Assembly (NCBI RefSeq): GCF_036676035.1
Contig: NZ_JAKFDR010000057.1
Span: 1,572-65,571, forward strand
Direction: 5' to 3'
DNA: 64,000 bases
Origin: Polaromonas sp.
GTDB taxonomy: Bacteria; Pseudomonadota; Gammaproteobacteria; Burkholderiales; Burkholderiaceae_C
Part shown: positions 57,156-64,000 of the stretch, in pieces
Numbering within the stretch: position 1 is the stretch's first letter
Layout of the letters: each line of letters begins with the position of its first letter
Position numbers and translations under genes: made by a program
Notes under the pieces: model-generated
What the model saw: the letters and a program-made list of their open reading frames with translations, nothing else
What the model was told of the DNA's origin: nothing
The model's database searches: none

Positions 57156-57320
57156 CTAGTGTGGTATTGCATGCTTGACGGCACTAATAAAACCGATGGA
57201 TTTTTGTTCAGGGCAAGGCGCAAACCACAGCAATAGTTCCACTATTGCGCGGATTTGCAACGCCGCCATGGACAAAAAGACGCGGTTTTATGTGCCGGAT
57301 AGCGTGCAACACCACACTAG
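57156..57320. mobile_element. MITE family A, copy 3
   Basis: CTAGTGTGGTATTGCATGCT...AGCGTGCAACACCACACTAG. Confidence 0.88.
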
Positions 57321-57360
57321 GCCGCGCATGCGGTAGAGTCACCGGACGGAGGACAACACC

Positions 57361-57690
57361 ATGGCTCTTACCCACGCTTTGCCGCTTGATGTCATCAATG
57401 TTCGCCCGCTGGGCGCGCAGCTCCCCGAAACAAAAACCCACAGCCTGATCAAAACCGGCAAACTGCAGCTGATGCGCATGGCCCTGACTGCCGGAGACAG
57501 CGTGCCCGTGCACCACGTGACGGGTGAAATCACGATTCAATGCCTGGAAGGTGAAGTGCTGGTCACCACATCCGCACGCGCTTGCACCCTGAGCGCCGGA
57601 GAGCTGCTGCTGCTGCCGGCAGCCGAGCCGCATGGCTTGCAAGCCAAAAGCAACGCATCGCTGTTGGTGACCGTGCTTTTGCACCAGTAA
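57361..57690 (+). CDS. cupin domain protein
   Basis: VPVHHVTGEITIQCLEGE, EPHGLQA; GGAGG SD. Confidence 0.85.
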   Translation: MALTHALPLDVINVRPLGAQLPETKTHSLIKTGKLQLMRMALTAGDSVPVHHVTGEITIQCLEGEVLVTTSARACTLSAGELLLLPAAEPHGLQAKSNASLLVTVLLHQ

Positions 57691-57714
57691 GCCCAAGCGT
57701 TTGCGAATATTTTT

Positions 57715-57768
57715 TGCTACCCTTTTAATAGCTTGAAACGCTCGAATTAAAAGGGCTTGAGCCTTGTT
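57715..57768 (-). repeat. 54-bp repeat (intergenic)
   Basis: tgctacccttttaatagcttgaaacgc...gggcttgagccttgtt. Confidence 0.7.
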
Positions 57769-57818
57769 TTTCTTCAAAAACGCGCACACTGGCTGAACAG
57801 GCCCTCAAGCCTGGGTCT

Positions 57819-58604
57819 TCAATCCAGCGCGGCGGGCCGGCTGTCAGGCTGGGTAAAAGAGTCTTCCCACTGCGTGGCAAACCGGTCGGGTTTGCTGGTG
57901 GACTTGGGCGCCGCTGTGCCGTCGGGGTTGAAGCCCGCAGCGCGGCTTGCCTTCGGGCGTTCGGTGTCTTCGCTGTCCTTGATTTCTTTCAGGGCGGCTT
58001 CTTTGGTTGCCTGTACTTTTTGGCGCGTGAAGGCCGTGAGATCCGCATGGAAGCTGCTGTCGCCGCCCCGGGTCTGCAATATTTCTTCTTCCTCTGCTTT
58101 GGTCATGACCTCCACTTCACCCAGGAAGGCAGCCCGCATGGCATGGGCCGCGGGCAGATGGCTGCTGTAAACCACGGTGTAGGCAATGTCGCAGTCCGAC
58201 AAAAGCCTTTCTTTCAGTTCGCGGCTGGCCTTGCTGAAGCCGCGTTTGCCCGGCACATCCACACAGCCCACCACCTTGCCGTGAGGAGTGCACACGGTAA
58301 AGGTGGCGTACACACCGTTGAGCAACTCCTGCCACTGCTCACTCTTGTCTTTGGAGCGCGGAACGGTGAAACGCAAGACCGGGGTCTTGACCATGATGAA
58401 GTGGTCGTGAAACGCCTCGCGCAGCCACTCCCAGACCTCCTGCTCCTCGGTGCTCACCAGGCCGCGCGGGTTCAGCGGCCATTTGGCCGGCAGGCGGCGC
58501 CTGGCCTCTTCCTTGCGCCGCACCCACCCCGCATGAAGCAAGCCGCCCAGCAGCAGCCCCACCACAACGCCCAGCCCGATCATCAGCCATGTTGATAAAT
58601 TCAA
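57819..58604 (-). CDS. membrane-anchored protein, DUF2726-like
   Basis: N-terminal TM; KWPLNPRGLV, VKTPVLRF, TFTVCT..GKVVGCVDV. Confidence 0.65.
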   Translation of the reverse strand: MNLSTWLMIGLGVVVGLLLGGLLHAGWVRRKEEARRRLPAKWPLNPRGLVSTEEQEVWEWLREAFHDHFIMVKTPVLRFTVPRSKDKSEQWQELLNGVYATFTVCTPHGKVVGCVDVPGKRGFSKASRELKERLLSDCDIAYTVVYSSHLPAAHAMRAAFLGEVEVMTKAEEEEILQTRGGDSSFHADLTAFTRQKVQATKEAALKEIKDSEDTERPKASRAAGFNPDGTAAPKSTSKPDRFATQWEDSFTQPDSRPAALD

Positions 58605-58824
58605 GATACCCCTCTTTATGCAATCACTTGTACGGTTTACTGGCCATGCCCAAGCGCACACGGCTTGGTAGCATTTTCTGTCAGAAAAACCTGTGACAGT
58701 GAGTCACGAAATGACAACTTTGTCAATTTTGGCAACGCACATGGCCCTTTACCTTACCTTTACCCTTCGCCTCCAAACTAGGCCGGTTTCCGCCGGTATG
58801 CTGGATTTTTTTGAAGGAGCCCCC

Positions 58825-59715
58825 ATGGAGCGCAGAACGGCCCACGATTTTGACCAGGAACTGCTCATTCTGTTTGACGCCTATGTACACGGCACGATAG
58901 ATCGCCGCGGTTTTCTGGAGCGCGCCCAGAAGTTCGCCGTCGGCGGCATGACCGCGGGCATGCTGCTGACCGCGCTCAGCCCCAAGTTTGCCCAGGCGCA
59001 GCAGGTGCCCAAAGACGACAAACGGCTCAAGACGGAGGTGCTGGAGTACGCCTCGCCAAATGGCTACGGAACGATGAAAGGCTATCTGGCCAAGCCGGCC
59101 AACGCCACCGGCCGCCTGCCGGGCGTGCTCGTCATTCATGAGAACCGGGGGCTCAACCCGCACATTGAGGACATCGCGCGCCGGCTGGCGCTGGACAACT
59201 TCGTGGCCTTTGCGCCCGATGCACTCACCCCGCTGGGTGGCTATCCCGGTGACGAAGACAAGGCGCGCGAACTCTTCCCCAAACTTGACCAGTCCAAAAC
59301 CATTGAAGACTTTGTGGCGGCAGCCAAGCTGCTCAAAAGCCGCCCGGACTGCACCGGCAAATACGGCGTGGTGGGCTTTTGCTACGGCGGCGGCATTGCG
59401 CACACGCTGTCAACCCGCCTGGACGACCTGGGCGCAGCGGTGCCCTTCTACGGCAACCAGCCCAAGGCCGAAGCCGCGGCCCAGATCAAGGCCCCGCTGC
59501 TCATTCACTTTGCTGCGGTCGATGAACGCATCAACGCGGCCTGGCCCACTTACGAGGCCGCGCTGAAAGCAGCCTCGGTGCGCTACACGGCGCACCAGTA
59601 CGCGGGCACGCAACACGGCTTCAACAACGACACCACGCCGCGTTTTGATGCGGCGGCGGCCAAACTGGCCTGGGAGCGGACGCTGGAGTTCTTCAACAAA
59701 AACCTGAGGGGGTAG
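58825..59715 (+). CDS. dienelactone hydrolase family (YghX-like)
   Basis: DRRGFL, IHENRGLNPHI, GFCYGG, HGFNND. Confidence 0.9.
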   Translation: MERRTAHDFDQELLILFDAYVHGTIDRRGFLERAQKFAVGGMTAGMLLTALSPKFAQAQQVPKDDKRLKTEVLEYASPNGYGTMKGYLAKPANATGRLPGVLVIHENRGLNPHIEDIARRLALDNFVAFAPDALTPLGGYPGDEDKARELFPKLDQSKTIEDFVAAAKLLKSRPDCTGKYGVVGFCYGGGIAHTLSTRLDDLGAAVPFYGNQPKAEAAAQIKAPLLIHFAAVDERINAAWPTYEAALKAASVRYTAHQYAGTQHGFNNDTTPRFDAAAAKLAWERTLEFFNKNLRG

Positions 59716-59724
59716 TTGTTGGGC

Positions 59725-61014
59725 TCAGGCCACAGCAGGCCGGCCCAGCCCACGGCTACCCCGTGAGCGGTAAATCAAAAATGCGACGATGCCCACGTTG
59801 AGCAGGTTCCACGCAATGCCGTTCACGAACGCCGCGCGGTAAGAGCCCGTCAGGTCAAAAATCGCCCCGGACATCCAGCCCCCCAGCGCCATGCCAAACA
59901 GCGTGGCCATCAGCACCGTGCCCACCCGCGCGCCGGCTTCCCTGGGTGTGAAGTACTCACGCACAATCAGGGCATACGAGGGCACGATGCCGCCCTGAAA
60001 CAGGCCAAACATCCCCGACACCACATAGAGCGACACCAGGCCATTGAACGGCAAAAACAGCAGCAGCGCCACGCCCTGAAGAAGGGAGCCCAGCAGCAGC
60101 GTGCGCAGCCCGCCAATGCGGTCAGATATCCAGCCCGAGGCGAGCCGGCTGACAACGCCCAGGCCCAGCATCAGCGCCAGCATCTCGGCGCCCCGCGCTG
60201 CGCCAAAACCCAGATCACCACAATAAGCCACGATGTGCACCTGCGGCATGGACATCGCCGTGCAGCAAGCCACTCCGGCAATGCACAGCAAAATCTGCAG
60301 CGCAGCGGGCGACATGCCCAAAGGCCGCTCGGCAGCCCTGCCTGAGACTACTGCCGGCGCAGTTTTCACCAGGGCAGCAACGGGCGCCACGTCAGATGCC
60401 GCCGGCTTCGCCAGGATTGGTGCGCGCTGGCGCAACACCAGGGCCAGCGGCAGCATGGACAGCAGGCAGAACACGCCCATGCCAATATAAGTAGGGCGCC
60501 AGCCCGCACTGTCAATAAAGTGCTGCATGATGGGCGGCCAAAGGGCGCCTGCCAGGTAGTTGCCACTCATGCAGATAGCCACCGCCATGCCGCGGCGGCG
60601 CGTGAACCATTGCGAGGTGTCGGCTACCAGCGGTGCAAAGGTAGCCGATGTGCCCAGCAGGCCCATCAGCACGCCCTGCGCCAGGCTGAACTGCCAAAGG
60701 CTGCCCGCAGAGCCCGCGGCAATAAAACCCAGACCCAGACCGACCGAACCCAGCATGACCGGCACCATCACGCCAAAGCGATCAGACAGCCGCCCCATGA
60801 GAATGCCGCCCAGCCCAAAGCCGAGCATGGTGAGCGTATAGGGCAGCGAGGCATCGGCACGCGCCACCCCAAAGTCAGCCTGAATACGCGGCAGCACGAC
60901 CGTGACCGAGTACATGCCCGAGCCCCCAATGGTCATGAGCAGCAGCGACACGAACAGACGTGTCCAAGCGTAAGAAGATTCTGCGTCCTGTCGGGTTTCG
61001 GCGTGTGCTGTCAT
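59725..61014 (-). CDS. MFS transporter (OFA-like)
   Basis: ~12 TM; GRLSDRFG, GWISDRIG. Confidence 0.9.
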   Translation of the reverse strand: MTAHAETRQDAESSYAWTRLFVSLLLMTIGGSGMYSVTVVLPRIQADFGVARADASLPYTLTMLGFGLGGILMGRLSDRFGVMVPVMLGSVGLGLGFIAAGSAGSLWQFSLAQGVLMGLLGTSATFAPLVADTSQWFTRRRGMAVAICMSGNYLAGALWPPIMQHFIDSAGWRPTYIGMGVFCLLSMLPLALVLRQRAPILAKPAASDVAPVAALVKTAPAVVSGRAAERPLGMSPAALQILLCIAGVACCTAMSMPQVHIVAYCGDLGFGAARGAEMLALMLGLGVVSRLASGWISDRIGGLRTLLLGSLLQGVALLLFLPFNGLVSLYVVSGMFGLFQGGIVPSYALIVREYFTPREAGARVGTVLMATLFGMALGGWMSGAIFDLTGSYRAAFVNGIAWNLLNVGIVAFLIYRSRGSRGLGRPAVA

Positions 61015-61106
61015 GACCGGTATTGGAACCGATATACCCGCCGCTGTCTTTCTGCGCACGGTCGCAGGAGTCATCCCGCCAACCATGGCACAAGCGACCG
61101 GAATCG

Positions 61107-61319
61107 TTACCGCTTTCGCAGCGGGTCCAGCAGCGACGACAGGCCGTTGTGGTCTATCTCCTGCATCAGCGCCAGCAGCCGGCCGATTTCACCGGACGGA
61201 AACCCCTCGCGGGCAAACCAGTTGAGGTAGTTGCCGGGCAAGTCGGCAATCAGGCGGCCCTTGTACTTGCCGAAAGGCATTTCGCGGGTCACCAACAGCT
61301 GCAAGTCTTCGGGGTTCAA
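61107..61319 (-). CDS. DUF3820 family small protein
   Basis: MPFGKYKG..IADLP..YL.WF, EIDHNGL. Confidence 0.8.
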   Translation of the reverse strand: MNPEDLQLLVTREMPFGKYKGRLIADLPGNYLNWFAREGFPSGEIGRLLALMQEIDHNGLSSLLDPLRKR

Positions 61320-61320
61320 A

Positions 61321-61683
61321 CTATCCCCCGACCCGCTTGACGACATAGCCCTGCGTCTTCAGCACTTGCATCACCCGCTCACAATGATCGCCCTGCACTT
61401 CGATCACGCCGTCTTTCACCGTGCCACCGGAGCCGCATGCGGTTTTGAGCTGCTTGCCCAGCTGCGCCAGTGACAGCGCATCCAGCGCCAGCCCCTTGAT
61501 CAGCGTCACGCCTTTTCCAGCGCGGCCTTTGGTTTCCCTTAAAACCCGCACCACACCATCTGATGGCGCCATGGCTTTGGCCTGCCTGCAAATGCAGTCG
61601 GCAACCGGCTTGCGGCATTCGGGGCACATTCTGCCGGCTTCGGTGGAATAGACGAGGCCGCTATTCGTTTTATTGCTTCTCAT
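61321..61683 (-). CDS. yciH: SUI1/YciH translation factor
   Basis: GRAGKGVTLI, LKTACGSGGTVKDG.IEVQGDH. Confidence 0.92.
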   Translation of the reverse strand: MRSNKTNSGLVYSTEAGRMCPECRKPVADCICRQAKAMAPSDGVVRVLRETKGRAGKGVTLIKGLALDALSLAQLGKQLKTACGSGGTVKDGVIEVQGDHCERVMQVLKTQGYVVKRVGG

Positions 61684-61791
61684 AAAGTTTCATTGGTAGC
61701 CGCTATGTACATGCTTGATGGAGCTCGGAAATCATCAGCGGCCCCAGCGATTACACAACAAACCAGTGCAGCGCTGCACTAGTACTGCTTA

Positions 61792-62430
61792 TCAGTTTTT
61801 CAGCAAAAACTCCATCTCGGTTCCCGCCAGGTTCAACACATCGTGATGGGCCAAGGGAATCGCCTCCGGCCCAATGGGCATGCCATTAAGTGTGGGCGAC
61901 GTCTCGCCTCCCATATGCGCCACATAGTAGCCGTCGCGCCGGTGCGAGATGGAAACGACAGAAACGCCCGGCTGGCCGAAAGTCGTCACCGCCTTGACCA
62001 CCGGGACCTCCAGCCCGACTGCGGAGCCAGACAACACTTTAAGACTGGCCTGCAGTACGCCGCTGGTGCCTGGAAAGCCGAGTTCATCCAGCGACATGGT
62101 GGTAGTCGCTTCGTGGGCGCTGGGCTGCTCACGCTCTGATCCCGCGAGGAACTGAACCCTGAAATTGCCGATGGCGATGATGTCCCGGTCTTGAAGCAGC
62201 CGCCTGGACTTGATCATGTTGCCGTTGATGTAGGTGCCGTTGGTGCTGCCAAGATCTTCAATGTACACATCCGCGATGCCCTCGAGCTCAAACACGCAGT
62301 GCTCGCCGCTCACCACCATGTTGTCAAACACGATGTCGTTATGCGGCTTGCGGCCCAGCGTCGTCCGGTCATTTTGCAGGTAAACGTGCTTGATCTCGAC
62401 GCCTTCGACGGATGCGATGAGCTGCGGCAT
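61792..62430 (-). CDS. FHA domain protein
   Basis: LGRKPHNDI, VSGEH, DLGSTNGT, second degenerate FHA-like C-terminal domain. Confidence 0.88.
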   Translation of the reverse strand: MPQLIASVEGVEIKHVYLQNDRTTLGRKPHNDIVFDNMVVSGEHCVFELEGIADVYIEDLGSTNGTYINGNMIKSRRLLQDRDIIAIGNFRVQFLAGSEREQPSAHEATTTMSLDELGFPGTSGVLQASLKVLSGSAVGLEVPVVKAVTTFGQPGVSVVSISHRRDGYYVAHMGGETSPTLNGMPIGPEAIPLAHHDVLNLAGTEMEFLLKN

Positions 62431-62547
62431 GGTGCCCCCTGTTGGAAGATGCAGACCGCCAGACACGCCCGGTGCGGTGGCGGCAACTCATGGTAGCCGT
62501 CCCGCTGCAAGTGGACAAGGGGCACAAGGCCAGCCGAGCCCGCCCTG

Positions 62548-63333
62548 TCAGCCCGCCAGCCAGTCGCCCATGCACTGGTTGAACGCCTCGGGCTGCTCCA
62601 CCATCACCCAATGGCCGGTTTTGAACTCGCGCACCGCGCAGCCGGGCAGCGTGGCAAGCTGCTGCACCCACTGGGGCGAATGAAACAGGAAAGGCTTGCG
62701 CCTGCCATAAACGTACAGCATGGGGCACTGCGGCACGAACCGGGCCGCGGCACGGTATCCGCCCGTCCACTGCAGGTAGTAGGGATAGTTCATCTGCCAC
62801 CCGATCAGCGCCGGGTCGGTTCGGCAGCGCAGCGTGCGGACCATGAAGCGCGTCATCCGGTCCCCCAGGCGGCCGCCCAGCTTCCACGCCATGGCCAGCC
62901 AGACCTGGTACGCAGCAATCATCAGCTTGGCCTTGGGCGTCAACGACTTGAGGTACGCGCCGGAGTTGGTGTCGCCAATGTCCACGCCGATGATGCGCGC
63001 CACCCGGTCGGGGTGCTGCGCCGCGAACTCATAGCCAAACATCGCGCCCCAGTCGTGCAGCAGCAGCGTGACCGGCTGGCCCGGGCTCACGCGGTCCACA
63101 ATCGCCTTGAACAAATCCACCATCTGCACCAGCGAAGCAAGCCGTGCAGGCTGGGCCGTGTCAAACCCCGGCAGCGTGAAACGCACGCAGCGGTACCGTC
63201 CCTTGAGCCACGCCACCTGCGCGTCCCACAGGCGGTGGGTGTCGGGCCAGCCGTGGATCATCACCACGGTCTGCGGTCCCTCCCCTTCGATGAAAACCTC
63301 GACCCCGTCTACGATGAGTTGCTGTGGCGCCAT
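62548..63333 (-). CDS. alpha/beta hydrolase
   Basis: IHGWPD, HDWGA, GHW. Confidence 0.85.
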   Translation of the reverse strand: MAPQQLIVDGVEVFIEGEGPQTVVMIHGWPDTHRLWDAQVAWLKGRYRCVRFTLPGFDTAQPARLASLVQMVDLFKAIVDRVSPGQPVTLLLHDWGAMFGYEFAAQHPDRVARIIGVDIGDTNSGAYLKSLTPKAKLMIAAYQVWLAMAWKLGGRLGDRMTRFMVRTLRCRTDPALIGWQMNYPYYLQWTGGYRAAARFVPQCPMLYVYGRRKPFLFHSPQWVQQLATLPGCAVREFKTGHWVMVEQPEAFNQCMGDWLAG

Positions 63334-63345
63334 GGGAATCCTATC

Positions 63346-63399
63346 CGCTATGTATTTGATAGCTGCTTGCGTACTATTCGCAAGGGCTGCAGGTTCATT
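63346..63399 (-). repeat. 54-bp repeat (intergenic)
   Basis: cgctatgtatttgatagctgcttgcgtac...gggctgcaggttcatt. Confidence 0.8.
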
Positions 63400-63411
63400 T
63401 CTCCATGGATC

Positions 63412-63861
63412 TCAGCCGCGCAGCATGTGAAAGTTGAGCAGGCGCGTGGCGATCACCGTCTCCGTCAGAAAGCACAGCAGCGCCAGCAGAAAGCAGACCA
63501 CGCCCGAGAGAAAACTGCCGATGGCAAAGCGGTTGATCTGGAACGCCGTGGTCTCACCCAGAAACAGCAGGATGATCGTCAGCCCGATCAGGAAGGCGCA
63601 GAAGGTCAGCAGCGCAATACAGCCATTGGCCAGCCGGCCCCGAAGCCGCAGCTCGGCCAGCTCTGTGTAGGCACGCTGCAGGAACTCCTCGTCGGTCGAC
63701 GTCCGGGCCCGGTCTTCCACCAGGCGCGCGCGGTCAATGATGCGAGCCAGACGGCCGGCGATGGCGCCTATCATTCCCGATACCGCCGTCAACAGGAACA
63801 CCGGCGCAACGGCCAGTTGAATGCCGTGGGTAACGACGCTGGCATCAACAGGAAGACTCAT
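63412..63861 (-). CDS. DUF2721 family membrane protein
   Basis: IQLAVAPVFLLTA, RLARIIDRAR, three TM helices. Confidence 0.8.
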   Translation of the reverse strand: MSLPVDASVVTHGIQLAVAPVFLLTAVSGMIGAIAGRLARIIDRARLVEDRARTSTDEEFLQRAYTELAELRLRGRLANGCIALLTFCAFLIGLTIILLFLGETTAFQINRFAIGSFLSGVVCFLLALLCFLTETVIATRLLNFHMLRG

Positions 63862-63956
63862 GGCATGACTCCGACAATAAGATGAAAGCGATTATTGCGC
63901 GATGACAAGCTCGGCCCCGTCTACGATGAGTTTTGTGGTGCCATGCGAATCAAATT

Positions 63957-64000
63957 TGCTATGTATTTGATAGCTATTTACGCCCTATTTGCAAAGGCTT
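63957..64000 (-). repeat. 54-bp repeat, cut by the window edge
   Basis: tgctatgtatttgatagctatttacgccc... Confidence 0.7.

Noticed and set aside
62611-63885. 424-aa plus-strand ORF
   Set aside because: Runs antisense across the hydrolase and DUF2721 genes; no recognisable domain.
1-64000. tRNA, rRNA, prophage, conjugation or known defence systems
   Set aside because: No cloverleaf or rRNA signatures, integrase, phage or T4SS genes were recognised; vapBC is the only toxin-type module.

Overview
GC-rich betaproteobacterial chromosome segment; gene content and repeat families look Comamonadaceae-like (inference). Left to right: (1) a phosphate-stress block, olsB-like acyltransferase, plcP-like phosphoesterase, GT4 glycosyltransferase, ppk1 and sixA, with Pho-box-like direct repeats; (2) an arsenic island, frameshifted arsC, arsR, arsI/cadI, arsC2, a sterol-desaturase-family gene and an aquaporin, followed by a Sel1-repeat gene; (3) a LysR-controlled sugar-acid catabolic cluster (Bug and TRAP transporters, atypical PdxA, enolase-family dehydratase, L-KDA dehydratase, lactonase-like amidohydrolase, KGSA dehydrogenase); (4) a small AT-richer insert with an IS110 remnant and integron-cassette-like genes; (5) housekeeping genes glmM, folP, ftsH, rlmE, yhbY, prlC, rpiA, pyrD, ompR/envZ, ispDF, mfd, serB and phoD, plus DUF1800/DUF1501/SIMPL and a vapBC pair. 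No rRNA, tRNA or CRISPR was seen. The most striking signal is non-genic. A ~54-bp GCTAY-N7-RTAGC repeat occurs about 14 times; several copies are read in frame inside proteins, two of them as signal peptides. Two MITE families with unrelated ends share a ~54-nt hairpin module with compensatory changes. Palindromic elements are also inserted in frame in mfd and probably prlC. All calls are from reading the sequence; no searches were run, and start codons are best guesses.
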